A DNA stretch of 64,000 bases from Felis catus (taxonomy: Eukaryota), in the NCBI RefSeq assembly GCF_018350175.1, contig NC_058368.1, positions 72,418,001 through 72,482,000 of the forward strand, in the 5' to 3' direction. The notes beneath the pieces are model-generated. The model was given only the letters and a program-made list of their open reading frames with translations. It did not search any database and was not told the DNA's origin. The stretch's first letter is position 1. The number at the start of each line of letters is the position of its first letter. Made by a program: the position numbers and the translations under genes. Shown here in pieces: positions 25,129-39,285 of the stretch.

Positions 25129-27439
25129 AGATACTGTGCTGTTTTAAAGTATACTGAAAGGGATAAACATTAACCATCAACATTATCTTGGGAAGGCAAG
25201 CTCCTCGGGTGGGTTTTCACGGAATTGGAAGGGTGATGTGTACTGAAAACAGGGATTGTTGGTGTCTGCAATTTACTTCATAGTTTTGTTGAGAATGTAC
25301 CTTAATCTATTAAGTAATTTAGGCACTTCATTAGTGATTTGGACTTTTCTTGAAAGTTTTATACTTTTTAATTTGCTCTCAAAGATTCAAGACATGTAAA
25401 GTGTACATCTGAAAATAAGGTATACACCTCTATTTAAAGAACTAATCTTTTCAAATTATCCCCTGGAAGTAAGCTGTTTATTTGAAGAGATGTTAATTTT
25501 TAAAAAAGGATTTGAGTACCATTAAGTACAGTTTTAAAAACCAAAGGTAAATAAGTATAAAAAAATCACTTGGAATAATTCTCTACTTATCTAAGAAACT
25601 AATTTCTATTTTAAGAACATACAGAGTAAATATTCCATGTGTTATTTGACAAATGGTGTGTTTATTCATGGCAAATTAAAAATCATCAAGTTCACAATTG
25701 TTCTGCTTAATAGATACTTAAGTATATTTTAACAGATTCCAAATATAGGTTAATGTACATTTTTGGAATTCTGTGTCAGTATATTTTATGCTAATTGCAT
25801 ATTAACCTTCCTTTCTTTCTAAATTGTCAGCTCCATAGATTACAGACAGCATTCCTGTTGCAGATTTTCTAACTAGTGTTCTCCTTAGAAAGTCCTCTTC
25901 ACTCCCTGGCACTTAAGATTGGAAAGAGGAAAAGAAAGTTGTTGAATGTATGAAATTCTTCCCTGAATATGAAGTTATAAAGTGAGAATGTATTGATGCA
26001 GAACAATTTTAAACTGTTACCTTGCAAAATGCTTTGTTTTCTATCACACTGTTTTAATAAGGTGGAAAGATTGATCAAAGTAATGAATCTAAATAGTAGT
26101 GTTATCATAAAGATGATTATAGTTATCGGTGGGAATCTAGAAATATTAGGTCCTAACTCCTAGCATTAGGTCCAACTTTTATTGCATGGTTATTTGAAGA
26201 CATAAAATTAAAGTAACCTACAATAATTTGGAACAGAAAATAATAAAAAAAAAACTCCTCTTAAAAGCAGTATTAACAATACAAAATTGAGGTACCATAT
26301 TCAATGGATATGTGTTACTGTCAACATTCAGCTGAGTTTAACCCAAAGTTGAATACCGTCATCACTGAACAAGCTTCTAGAATGACAAGAATCAATCTGA
26401 AAATTGACTAATTAAAATCAAAATGATACTAATTTTAATTATTAAAACTTTTAGTGGTCAAATTTGAAAAGACATCCTGTTCACATTAGTGTAGTTTGAA
26501 CTTTTAGCCTCTTTCCAAACATCCTTGAACCCCTATGAAAATCATGACTGGAGAAAGTTTTCTGTACTTCTTTGACTGCCAGAATCTAGGCTAACTCAGT
26601 GTGTGTCTCTGTGGAAACCATTTACACTCTGTCTGGGTCTAGACTCATTCCTTAAGGATATGACAGTTCTCCTGAGTACATGAGATCTATCCAGAACTAA
26701 AACAAGTTGACACACATTGCCATAATCTTCACAAACAACAGCAACTACAACAACAATAAAAACAAAATATGTCTCAGGATGTCCTTAATCTCTTTGGAGA
26801 CAATTTGGTTTCTCAAAACTTAAGTAGAGAGAATTACAAAAACATTTTCCTTGCAACATTTCTCAATTCAAAGCCCTTCTTCACAATCATGCTACTAAAA
26901 GTTCAAGCTGAATCGTTTTATATGAGTCTTAGGAGCTATAAATCAAATATCAACAGTAGGCATAATTTGTGTTGGGACAGAGTTTCTGGAGTATGTTTTT
27001 CCTGGTGAGTTCTGTGTTTTAGCTTCTTGACATAGAGTTTGCATTTGGCCTTCAGTTTATTCCCTTGTAGTTAAATGTGTATACCTGGGGAAGGTTGGTG
27101 ATCCTAAATTTATAAAGATTCTGCCTTAGCAAATAATTGGAAGATAAAGCTATAATTTTTTCCTCTAAGTTCAATGTTAACTGCCCTTCTTTTCCCAAAG
27201 TCAGGATTACTACTAGAACAAGGTTGCATTTTTTTTAAATATCTAGAACCATGCAGTTTCCAGAAAAAGAAATACATAAAATGATGTCCATTTTCTCTAA
27301 CAAAGCAATCAAGGTAAGATTAAATAAAACAATTTCTCAACAGACATAATTTTAAGTACCCAGCCATGGCAGTGTGTGCATTCCTGAAAGTTATGTTGGA
27401 AAGAGGCAAAATTGATAGTGATTGTTGAAGGAAGTGTGG

Positions 27440-27640
27440 TAGGAAAGACAAGATAATGGATATTGGGTTTGAATCAAATTTTATGACTTGAGACAAGCCA
27501 TTTGCTCTCCCTGAGCCTGCATGTTGGCGTTCTCTTTCTCAACTCATAAGGTTGTAAATAATTCATTGTGCTGACCAATGGGTAGGATCTACTATAGCCC
27601 CTGGCATATAATAGGTACTCAGTGAAAGTTAGCTTCCTCC
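27440..27640 (+). mobile_element. MIR SINE
   Basis: tgggtttgaatc...tgacttgagacaagccattt...ctccctgagcct...cctggcatataataggtactcagt. Confidence 0.7.
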
Positions 27641-30104
27641 TTTCTTCCTTTCTTACCCTTGTTTTTTTTACCTTATCTGCCTCATGAAAATTTCTAAATA
27701 AATTGATGGAAGCCCTGTATTATTTTCCTATATGGTCATTCACTAGCTAATATCATCTTAAACACAGAGGGTGATTTCTGGTCAAATTAACTTATTTTAA
27801 TCTCTTGTTAATCATTGTTCCCTGAAAAACGTTTAGGACAGATGATATTTGTGCATATTCAAGAAACGAATGACACTTAATAAATTTGTAATATATAAGC
27901 CTTTCTTTATTTATTGCTACCACCTATGAATATAAGTGGATATTGTTATCTATGATTCACATAATCTGCATTTTCAATAAATTATTTCCTAAACCTATTC
28001 TAGTATCCAGTGTTTCTCTCCCTAACTGTGATCATACATATTACTAGGGTAGTGTGTATATAGAGGTGACAATGTTAAAGTGGTACCTCTTTGTTGCATT
28101 CCATGATCAGTTTCCTGAAACATGTGACATTCATAATATTCTAATCAACTTGACTACAAACAGCCCTGACTATAGAAAAATTGTATCAGCTCTGACCATT
28201 GGAAAGCACATTTTGGAAGTCAAAGACTTGCTATCTGGGATATTCTATTTGAAAACAATAAGAATTAAAATTTTGGCAAAGTAACTTAGCTAATATTTAA
28301 AATATTTAAAATATTTAAAACCAGGGATAGAACTATATTAGATTAAAATAATTTTGTATACAACTTAGTCTTTGGAGATCTATAACATTTCAAAGAAAAG
28401 CTTTGAGTTCAACCATTAGGACTAAAAATATATGGCAGTTTGGGGTGTTGTTGCCCATGGTGTGACTTTGGCAAAAATTATGTTGAAATGGAAGTATAAA
28501 TTTTGACAACTGGGCAGTTTACTTCATTCAACATGCAGTAACATGATAATCTCACTGAATTTCCTGGATTCAAGGTTGATTCAATGATACTAATTAGATA
28601 GTAAAATTAAATTTTACTCATATTTATCTATAGTTGCCTAGTTGGCTAGATAAAACTATTGATTTTAAAACACACATATCTTTTCATATAAAGCAGTAAT
28701 ATTCTTCTGCTTTCTGAGAGAATTAAAGTTGTCCTATGGATCACCAATTATTAACTTAGTATAACCAATCCCAGGCATTTTATCATAGAATTGACTCTAA
28801 ATGTAGTCTGTATCTTCATCTGAAGAAGAAATAAGAGGTTCTATAAGATTGTTTGCATGAGGAGCAATTGAATTTTACTCAAAATTATCTAGAGTTGGCT
28901 AGTTGCAGCTTAATCAAAAAAGAATTATGCAGTACTTTCTCGAGGGTTTATTAATTCCATGTCAAACTTTGGTTACACAGGTAGAAACTATATTTGAACC
29001 AAGCTGTAAAATCTCATAAATTAAAGCTTATTATTAATATCTATGCAAACCATATACCATAATTTTATCAGTGTTTGGATGAATAAGGGTCATTTGCAAG
29101 AGTCATGTGAAAGATAATTATGCTTTCAAGTATGTAAAACAGATTTTGACCTAGACTCACGTCCTTTAATTTCTATTGATATAACGTAGGAAAGTTATAG
29201 TGAAAAAGAACATGATTTGTATGGGAAAAACTGGATTCAGATTCTACTTTTACTGTTTACAAGTGGTGTGAACCTGGACAGTAATTTTATGCAACCTTTG
29301 CCATTTATGTATTTATCAAGTATTTTGTAGGGGCAATTACTATGTTCCAGAAAATTGGGTGGGAACCAAGGATATAAAATTAAGATGACAGAGTCCCAGT
29401 TCTAAAGAAGATAATAGTTTAGCGGGGAGAGAGCCACGTAAAGAGATAATTATGGGTTAGTGAAGTAATAGATATGTAGTTGGTATAATGGGAGCCTGGA
29501 ACAGGTTCCTCTCCCACTTGAGATTCACAGATCTTTTCCAGCAGAAGGAAAGCATGCACAATGCAGGGCAAGAAGAAACACTGAGTTAGAACTGTTGGCA
29601 GAAACAAAAGTCATGTACACCATTTTAGAAAACATTATGGCCATATCTATTCAACTTACATATTCATGTAACATCTAGTTCATCAAAGTTACCTTTTGAA
29701 ATTAATAATCAAATATTTACACACAGGTGCAAAGAAATATTCATAGAAAAATTTCACTTATCCGGTTCCTTTCCACATTATCCTTCCAAAAATGAATGTT
29801 CCAGAAAAAATCTCTCTCAGTGATGAATAATAATTGAGAAATGAGCATAAGAATTGTGAAAAAGATAATGCAAGAAAGAAATACAGAACATTAATATAAC
29901 AAACAAAACAGATAGTCAATACCTGAAAGATGATGGTACTATGGAGCTGATAAAAAATATGAACAATTTTCATGTTATGAAATTAAAAAGAAAGAGTTCT
30001 GTATAAAAGTAGCTAATGTCTATATTGCTTCTAGGCAACAGGAGCTCAGAGGGAAGATGCAAGTATTCAAGGATAAAATTACAATAAAACAGAGAATTGT
30101 AAGG

Positions 30105-30365
30105 ATTTAACAAATACTCATATAGTGTTTTATTATGTGACAGGCACTGTCTTTAGCACTTTACAATTGTCTACCGAGTTATTCTGTATAGTAACCCTAT
30201 GTGGCAATTATTGTTATTGTTCCCATTTTACAGCTGAATATTCTGAGATACATAGAAAGATTTAGTAACTGGTTCAAGTTCACACAGTAGTTACTGAGCG
30301 GGGATTTGTACACCAGCAATACAGTTACAGAGTTTGTGACTTTAAGTTTTCTGCCCTGCTGCCTC
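30105..30365 (-). mobile_element. MIR SINE within a degenerate L1 ORF1-like region (about 29800-30950)
   Basis: tatgtgacaggcactgtctttagcacttta...cccattttacagctga...caagttcacacagtag. Confidence 0.75.
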
Positions 30366-32035
30366 TGAAAAAGTAAAAGTTGCTGATGGTGTGTGTATGT
30401 GGGAGGATACAGGAAGAAGAAACAACACAGGAAGGAATACAGAGAAAAAAAGAAGAGACGCTTCTCAGGCCAATCAGGAACAAAGAAAATTAAGAAAAAA
30501 ATGAAAAATAACCAAGTATTATACCAATGATCAGAGAGGAAATAGCATATTAAAAGGGTGAAAGGGGATCCAGCATAATTGATGTACCTATAGAAGAGAA
30601 AAAACATGAAATTGAATGATTTTCAATAATATAACTCAGGATTACTTTGTTGAGACTATGGGTGTGCACGTTAATCTGAGGTAAGAGAACAACATATCCT
30701 AGAAAGAAATACAGATCAACCAGCAGCAAAACATAATATTGGTGAAGTTGTTGAGTTGAAAGATAAAGAATCCTGGGGGAGAACCAGGCTAAATACAAAT
30801 AAGCAAACAAAAATCAACTTGTTCAAGGACATTTATGTAATCAAAATTGTTCAGATATGTATACAAAAGACAGATATTTTCAAACACGTAAGAAATGAGA
30901 AAATATATGCTCATAGCATTTTTTGAAGAAACCATCAGAGGGAAAAATTCTGTCAAGGAGTAGACAAGAATCTTTAAGAAACACCTTTCCTCAGCACTGT
31001 AGATACAGCAGTGAACAAGATAAAACTTTCTTGGTTTTCATTGAGCCACCATTTTAGCATATGATGGTATAGAGAAAAATAATCAAAGAAGAGGAATTCT
31101 ACAGTATATTCAAGAATGTTTGTAGTCAGGGCGATATTCAACTAATCCGTGCTGATGAGATTATAACAATTGTTAATATTGAAATACTTCTCTAGCAGTT
31201 GATAAAAAGATGTGGCCCCGAGTTTCCTAAAATCCTCTGCCTTTTTGTCCACTGCAGGTCTTCCCCTGGAATTTCTCTATGATCTCAGATCTGTCTGTGC
31301 TCCAACAACTGAGGTGTTAAGGCAGAAGCTAGCAGGGAGCTTTTGGGTTGGCCTGTGTTCTGATGGGTTATTCTAGTGGTTAAAAATTTCAAATATTTCA
31401 CCTGTTTTAGTCACATTATTGGGATTGACAACCACTGGAAACAAACCCAAAGTCCAAAAGCATATGAAAGCATAATTTAAAAAATAATCATGTAATGAAG
31501 TATATTAAATGAAAAGAGTGAAACACAGTCACATATGACAACATGGATGACTCTTACAAACATAATATTGAGTAAAAAGTATGTTATAAAATTAAATATA
31601 ACATTAAGTGACAAAATTGATACAGTATTCTTTTATAAAAATCAGAAAATATTTGAAGTTAAACCATTGTTTATGCATGTATACAATGCAATAAAATTAC
31701 AAAGAAAAGCAACCATAAACAAAATTCAAAGTAGTTGGTGCAATTGTAGTAGGGCATAAGAGGTTCAGTACTCACTATCATCTTATTCTTCTTTATCTGG
31801 GTGGTGGGTACAAAACTTTTATTTCATTGATAGATGTTAACCCTATGTAAGTCTTATACCCTTTTTTGTTTATGAGATTGCTTAACAAAACAATTCACAT
31901 AGCACAAAATGAAACTAACAGAAACAAGCTGAGAACATTTTAAGTGCACAAAGTTAACGTAAGAAATACAACAAAAGAATAAAATAAAAAAAGCAAAAGA
32001 AAAAGGTAATGAAATAGAAAACAAAAATAGAATAA

Positions 32036-32267
32036 GGGTGCCTGGGTAGCTCAGTTGGTTAAGCATCCAACTCTTGATACCTGGTCAGGTCACTATCCCG
32101 CAGGTTCGTGGGTTTGAGCCCTGCATTAGGCTCTACACTGACAGTATGGAGCCTGCTTGGGATTCTCTCTCTCCCTGTCTCTTTGCCCCTCCCCTCTTGC
32201 ATGCATGCCCATGTGTGCTCTCTCTCCCTCTCAAAATAAATAAATAAACTTAAGAAATTAAAAAAAA
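32036..32267 (+). mobile_element. CAN-SINE
   Basis: gggtgcctgggtagctcagttggttaag head, (CT)n, aaaataaataaataaac tail. Confidence 0.94.
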
Positions 32268-32315
32268 TAGTAGAATAAAGAAAGCCCAATATTAAGTTTT
32301 TGAAACTAGACAATC

Positions 32316-32520
32316 CTTTTTTTTAAAGTTTATTTATTTATTTTGAGAGACAGATCATGAATAGGGTAGGGGCAGAGAGAGAGGGAGAGAGAATTTCAAG
32401 CAGGCTCTGTGCTGTCAGTGCAGAGCCTGATGCAGGGCCTGAACTCAGGAACCGTGTGATCATGACCTGAGCTGGTATCAACAGTTGGACACTTAACAGA
32501 CTGAGCCATCCAGGTGCCCT
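32316..32520 (-). mobile_element. CAN-SINE
   Basis: TSD aaactagacaatc / aaactagacagtc. Confidence 0.94.
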
Positions 32521-32893
32521 GAAAACTAGACAGTCTTACTTATTGCACACCTGATCAGGGAAAAAAAAAAGCCGAACTAGTAACGAAACAAACAAAATGA
32601 AAAACAACAAAGAAACAAAACACAAAAAAGAAAAATATGTTATGGATGAAAATACATACGTTAAGTATAGAATTAACATAGTTTTAAAAACATAGTGAAC
32701 AATGTTTTTCCAGTAAGATTGCAAATTTAGATGAATCTATCAATTTCTAGAAATAAAGTTTATCAATCTGATTAAAAAAATAGGAAATTGATCTCTATCA
32801 GGAATGAGAGGAGGATGCTCACAACATAACTCTAATCAGTATTTTAAGGTGCCAGCAAGTGATATAAAAAAAATAGTATTAAAATTTGAAACA

Positions 32894-33087
32894 GGGACCT
32901 GGGCGGCTCAGTCAATTAAACGTTCTACACTTGATTTCAACTCAGGTCATTATCTCATGGTTGTGAGATTGAGCCCTGCTTTAGACTCTGTACTAGTGTG
33001 GAGCCTGCTTGGGATTCTCTCTCTCCCTGTCTGCCCCTCACCCGCTTGTGCTCCCTCTCTCAAAATAAATAAATAAACTTAAAAAAA
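32894..33087 (+). mobile_element. CAN-SINE (older, diverged)
   Basis: gggacctgggcggctcagtc...gagcctgcttgggattctctctc...aaataaataaataaac. Confidence 0.9.
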
Positions 33088-34476
33088 TTTTTGAAAGAAA
33101 AATAATTCAGAAATATTATAGTCAGTTCTCTATAATTTTAAAAATAAAAATCAATCTAAAGCAAATAAAACACAAAGCAAGACCTTACTGACTATAAGTG
33201 TTAAAAATCTCTCTTGAAAATTTTTCAAAAAAGGAAAATAAACCCAAACTTTAGACTACCAAGACTAATAATCAAAATACTCAATATTAGAATTTTGCAT
33301 ATATATAACCTATCTATGTATCTTTTATGTACTAATTCAGTGATTTATTTACTTTTCTCAGAATTTGTTGCTAATTTTTCCTTTTTCCTTATGTATTTTG
33401 TGAGCATCTATCTTGCATATTTTTGTATTTATCATGATGGCTAATGGCTTTGCCTTTTTACCAGCTATTAATTAGCTCACTTGTTTGTGTGACTATTTTC
33501 TAATTTATTAATTCTGCTTTCATCTTAATGGTCCCTTCCTTATTCTTTCCTAAGGATTGTTATTTTATGACTTACTTTTTAAAGTAAAAGCTTGATTTGT
33601 TTGTGTTTTTTGTTGCTTAGTATTAAAGATATTCAAGGAGTTAAGTTTTCCCCTTAACATTTCTTTACATATATACAAAAGGATCTGATAATGTAAAACA
33701 AAATAATATCTGCCCATATAAATTTTAAAGCCTAGATGAACAAAATAACTAAATACATGAAAAATAGTTATTTTTATTTAATTTAATTCAAATCTTATAT
33801 ATCTAAAACAAAACAAGACAAAATAACCATCTGAAAAAAATAATTCTTGTAAGTAATGAGTAATAAGTAATCAATTACCTGAAATTGGCATTCCTTTTTT
33901 ATATTATATATTAGTGTATATCTGTGAATTTATCCTAAGTTGACCTTAAGTGTAATTAGCTCCTCTCTCCAAAAAAATAATTTTGTTTATAAAAAAAATA
34001 ATTTATAAACCAACAAAAAGGTTGAACTTCATCCACAGTTAACACATACCAACAAAAATGTCCATTATAATTTTTAATGCTCAGATTGATACAGGTTATT
34101 TGATAATATTCTGTGTTATGTTTTGGCAAGTGTATCCTCACACATTGTTAGTGATAATGTATTTAATATAGTTTGGAAACAAATCTTTCCATATCTATTA
34201 AAATTTTAATGGTATGCAATACTATTTCATCTATAAACTCCACCTATAATGATTTATCCTATGATATATTCATACTTCTGCACAAAGATACATGCATAAG
34301 GAAAAATGCTTATGATGACTTTGTTTATAGTGCCAAATGATCAAAACTAGCTGAATGCACACCAATAAAGGATAGCTAAATTATTGTGGCTACATACAAT
34401 CGAACATTATGCAAAGAGTAAAGAGTTAGAAAGAGTAAAGTAGATTTATATGGGCTAAGATACTAATATCAATAGC

Positions 34477-34989
34477 TGTTGGGAGATAATTCTCCATGGA
34501 TCTCTTCTATTTCTGTACTTTTTAGCAACAGAGGCACGGATTATTTTTATTATAAAGTGTCTTTTCATGGATATTTGTACAGAGAGCAGGCTTGGAAGAT
34601 AGACTTAGTGTCTCCCTCTGGAGCAAAGAAAACTTTGTAGCTTAGTATAATAAAATAATGTCTCCTTCTGGGGCAAGTTCAGGTGTACTTATGGCCCATT
34701 ATAAAAGAGTCATGGTCCCTGTCTCTTCCATTGTTCGCCTCCTGTAACAGAACCCACTGAATGTGCAAGCATCATATGACCCTCACTGTGTTGTCCTGTG
34801 GGAACTGGCATTTGATAAGTGACTCAAACTGATATTTAAGTTACTGCTATTGATGTGAGTAATAAAGTCCTTTGACTCTGACCCAAGAGTCTCATGTCTT
34901 CTGCCAGAAACTGTGAAACTCTAGCAGGTTAATTTGTTAGTTTCAAATAGGGTAAAATTGAATCTAGCCCCACTTCAAATTTCTTGACA
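34477..34989 (+). mobile_element. Full-length ERVL solo LTR (LTR40-like) within an old L1 3' fragment
   Basis: TGTTGGGAGA start to TTCTTGACA end, internal duplicated tgtctcc(c/t)tctgg, TATA-like cccattataaaaga and gtgagtaataaagtcc poly(A) signal. TSD not recognisable. Confidence 0.85.
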
Positions 34990-37900
34990 GAAATTCTCCA
35001 AGATGTGTTTTAGACTTAAAAAGAATTAAGACTTAGAACAATGTAAATGTTTTATTGCTAATTTTAAGAAAACTGATAAGTGTGTATATGTGGCAGATTT
35101 AACTTTACATTATTTATCTTGCACCTTGGGTATATGGATATGCAAAAGAAATATTGCTTGTAATTCCTTTTTAATTTTCTCTGTTATTCCTTATGAGCCT
35201 TCCTCCTATTTTCCAACTGCTGCCTGAATGACAGGGGAAAAAAATAAAACATAGTTCAAGCTTGCTTAAAACCTAGTATGATTCAGAAATGTAAAGACTA
35301 TCAGGTTTAATGAAGTCTCTTCAGAATAAATGTGCCAGAGTTTTTTATTCCTCTTATTTACCTTATCTTTTCTCAGATGCATTGGGGAATATAGATTTTA
35401 CTGATGCTATATCTTTAGGCATGATGGAGGGGGACAAGGAGGCAGAGAAGGACATGGCAAAGAATACATCAAAGAATAGAGAAGGAACAGATAAGAGAAA
35501 GACTTAAATGTCAATTGATTTAAGGAATAAAAAGCTTAGTAGTCATCTTAGACAAATGTCAGTGTGATGGTGGGATTGAAATCTGATTATGGAGAAAAAG
35601 TGAGACTGGGAGAGAAAACTACCTTTTTGGAGATTGGAATCAGAAAGGAAAAATGAACAGGAATAGAGATTAAAATTAGAGACACACGTTTAATAGAGAC
35701 AGTCTTGATTACATTTTGTAAAGAAAGAACAGGACACACTTGCTCAGTTTTACGGTATAAAGGGAAGGCGCTAATTAATGAAGCTGAGGCTGAAATAAAG
35801 GAGAGAGAGGGACTATGCCTCCAAAGAACCAGAAGGCAAAGCAGTCAAGTCTTCTTGAAAGGAATGGACAGACCTTAATGTGGCCTCCGGGGCTGGAGAG
35901 AAGGAGACAAGTGGAGGAGGCAGGTGGGAGAAGGGAGGACAGGAAGTCTGGGGATTTCACTCTTGCTCCTGAGTCTCAGGGTACATGAGCTGAATGGGAG
36001 ACTTGAATGCTCATTAAAAATTTGGAGGAATCATTTACAGACATGAACCAAAGATTTCCTCTTCTGCAAGTGAGGTTGGTAATACTTGTTTTCTATTTTT
36101 TCATGCCATTTTGATAATCAAATAAAATAATATAAAAGTAAAGTGATATGTCATTCAGGAGTTTAGTATATATTTGTTATTTTATGTGTCATAGTATACC
36201 TTGGTAAAGCTATTTTCTAAAGTAAATAAATATCTGTTTGCCAGTCCCAAAAGGAAGACGAGACACATTATCTAGAATGATTAAAAAGGAGACACTGTAA
36301 ATTTAATGATAGGTGAAGCTTATCTATCATACATTATGATAGCTGTAGACTTTCAGAATGGGGAATGACATAGCTCATGAGTCAAGAACAGGGAGGGCAT
36401 TCTGGACTGGAGTGGGTCAGTTTTGAACTGATCATATTTTCACATGAAGATATTCCCTTTGTTTGGAGCCACGGCCACCACTGTTGTCACACTGTTTTTC
36501 TACTTCTCCAGATGGTTTGGCTTTAAAGGTTTCAAAATAAACTGAGTGAACTGGCCATTATAGCTACCTTGCCTTTCGTTTTGATCATCTAAATGCACAC
36601 CTCAGTACAATCTTCCTTTCCTCCTCCAGGATACATGATTTCTAGAAGAGTTCTACCTGTCAGATGAGCTGTGTCTAGTTTTTACTCCTAAGGAAATGAG
36701 GTCGGGGTATCCCAACAGAGCAACAAAGTATTATATCCTAAAAAATAAAAAAAAATTTCTTACCCAATGGCTTTATTCACAATTTAATTTTTTTGTCTAC
36801 CGACCTAGATTTTTTAAAAAAAATTTTAAAGGAAATGTAAAATGACAACTCATTTTTAAGTATTCATACCTTGTCCATCAATTGCTTTTTAAATTTTATA
36901 AAATACTTCTTGAGTTACTGAAGAGTTTTAAAAATGAATAGTAATGAGCTCAATTTAGTCTCCATGCCAACTAATGATAAATATTTTTCTGGTGACTGAT
37001 CTTTATATTGTAGAAAATGCATGATTTAATGTCCTTTACCTGCTTGAAGAGAAAGTTTTCATTTTTTTCCCCAATCGAGTCAACCAAATTGTCAACAACT
37101 TTTATTAACTACCTACTTTATAACAGCTTAGAGCAGAGGTATTGTACCCTAGGGAGTTACTGAGTTAATAGAAAAGGAAATCATTGCAATTAGCAGATTT
37201 ATAATAAAGTTAACTGAACATACAATGTTTGTTAATTTTTGAACTGAGAAGGAAATAAAAAAATAAATTGTTGCCATCTGCTCCTTTTTAGTTGTATGAG
37301 GAAAAAATAACATTCCAGAGAATTGCTTGATCATAACATTTGAGGATTATGAGGTGATCATAGATAATCTGTGATTTTAGCCCTGGCACTGACTTATTTA
37401 AGGAGCAATAAAAGAGTTCTTTATTAAAAAATAGATTTTATAAAAAGTAGACTTTACAAACACTCTGTATAAAAGTTCAGACTTTTTATAAAAAGTCTAC
37501 TTCTTGGGCATAGCTTGGAACCTTTATATGGAGGACAATTTGCACAGCCCACAGGAATTTAGTAATGCAGTTGGGCCAGAAGGAGAGGTGTGGTATTCTT
37601 TTCACGTGAAGGAAGTGGTTTTATTTTCTAGGAAACATGATTTGGGGAATGGAGGGATTTTAAGTAGAATGAACAGAGATATACACCATAAAGAATCATT
37701 TGGCCTGTTTCTCGTGATTGCCTAGGGAATGTGTTTCATTAGAGGGGGGATTTCTACTAAATTGTTTTCCTATCTCCTTTGGACACAAGTTAATGGAGAG
37801 CAATATATACTGTTGTTCAGAGATTTTTGCCTGGGAGGTTCAGAGATGGCCTTGGCCTCAGCCGTTATTTATGGAGTCATCTCTTGAAGCATATGGATTA

Positions 37901-37991
37901 AAATTACTTTTCCAAGCCACAAACTCAGACGTGTAAAATGATAAGCCTTTATTTTTCTGTAATTCTTTGAAATCATTCCTTGAGCTCTCCT

Positions 37992-38165
37992 ATATTACTC
38001 TGTTAGGACTGCTATAACCAAGTACCAAAACCAGATGGTTTAAATTACAGACATTTTTGTCCCTCATTTCTGGGGGCTAAAAGTCTCAGATCAAGGTATC
38101 AGCAGGGTTATGTTATGAAGGAAGTTTTGTTTTATGTCTCTCTCCTGGGCTTCTGGTGGTTTGCG
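37992..38165 (-). mobile_element. MaLR (MLT1) LTR 3' fragment
   Basis: ttaggactgctataaccaagtacca...tctgggggctaaaagtctcagatcaaggtatcagcagggtt. Confidence 0.72.
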
Positions 38166-39285
38166 GTGAGCACTGAGGTCTAGAGAAGTTAGGTGACTAG
38201 GGCCTGAATTCTTTTATCTACCAACTTTAGCATTATCTAATTTTAAAGAGTAAAGTCTGATAACCTTACTGTTAGGAGTTCTTTCACCAAGGATTATCAG
38301 TAATCCAGTTCGGGGCCTGTGAGTTCCAAAAGGAAACGGCAATAAGTAGACCAGTGCTGTCAAGCCACCAATCCATGGCTTTTACGGACACCACCTTTGC
38401 TAGAACAAAAAGGGTCCTTTCAAGTCTGTTGTGGTGAAACTAAACAGATAATGTTGGCTGTAATGGAAAAAACACAGCTTTTCAGCTTGTAAACTATGTG
38501 ACCTTCAGCAAGCTAATTATACTTTAGTCCTCTTCTTTGTAAAACTGGGAAACAAAATCTCACTGGCTCCTTATGAAAATAAAGCAGACTAGCCTGTATA
38601 AAGTATTTATGGTACCTGGAAGCTAATAATTACTGTTGTTCTTTTCCTCTCTTCTAATTTCCTGATCAGGGTCACGTGTCTGATTAATGTCAAGGCAGGA
38701 CTAGAGCTCAGACCTTTTATTTTCCAGGGCAAAGCTCTCTGTTACACAGAATTTTTCCATTGTTCTCTGGAATGGGAAGCAGAAGTATCTACGAAGTCAT
38801 GTTTTGTTGGCCTGAGAAGCAAGTCAGGGACTGGTGCCCCTGTCCTGAAAAGGGTCAAGATTCTATCGCAAACCATGAAATAATTATAATATTCGATAAG
38901 GGATCCTTTCACAATCTTTTGTTAAATTCTAGGTGTGGCATAGTAAGTTCTTTTGTTTCTTATACCTAGAGAAGGCTGGGGAACGTATAGTGGCTCTGAA
39001 AGAATAGAAGAAAATTTGAGCCTATTAAGTGAGCTTGTTTGAATATTCTGGAAAGTAGGACACAGTGCAGGTCATGGGAATTTGCCTATTTGACCAACAC
39101 AAATAGATTTGCAGGGCCAACTGAGTGCCTAAATTAAGATAATCTCTTTTGAGGTTACCATGAGGTTCTAGAGTGGTATACCTAGCTTATTTGACCCCCA
39201 GAGAGAGTCAGTTTTTAACATCTAAATGTTTAAATGATAAAGTTTTTGTTAGTAGTACTCATGAGATAATAATTAATAATCAGGA

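Noticed and set aside
28292..28318. (aatatttaa)x3 tandem repeat
   Set aside because: Ordinary AT-rich slippage repeat.
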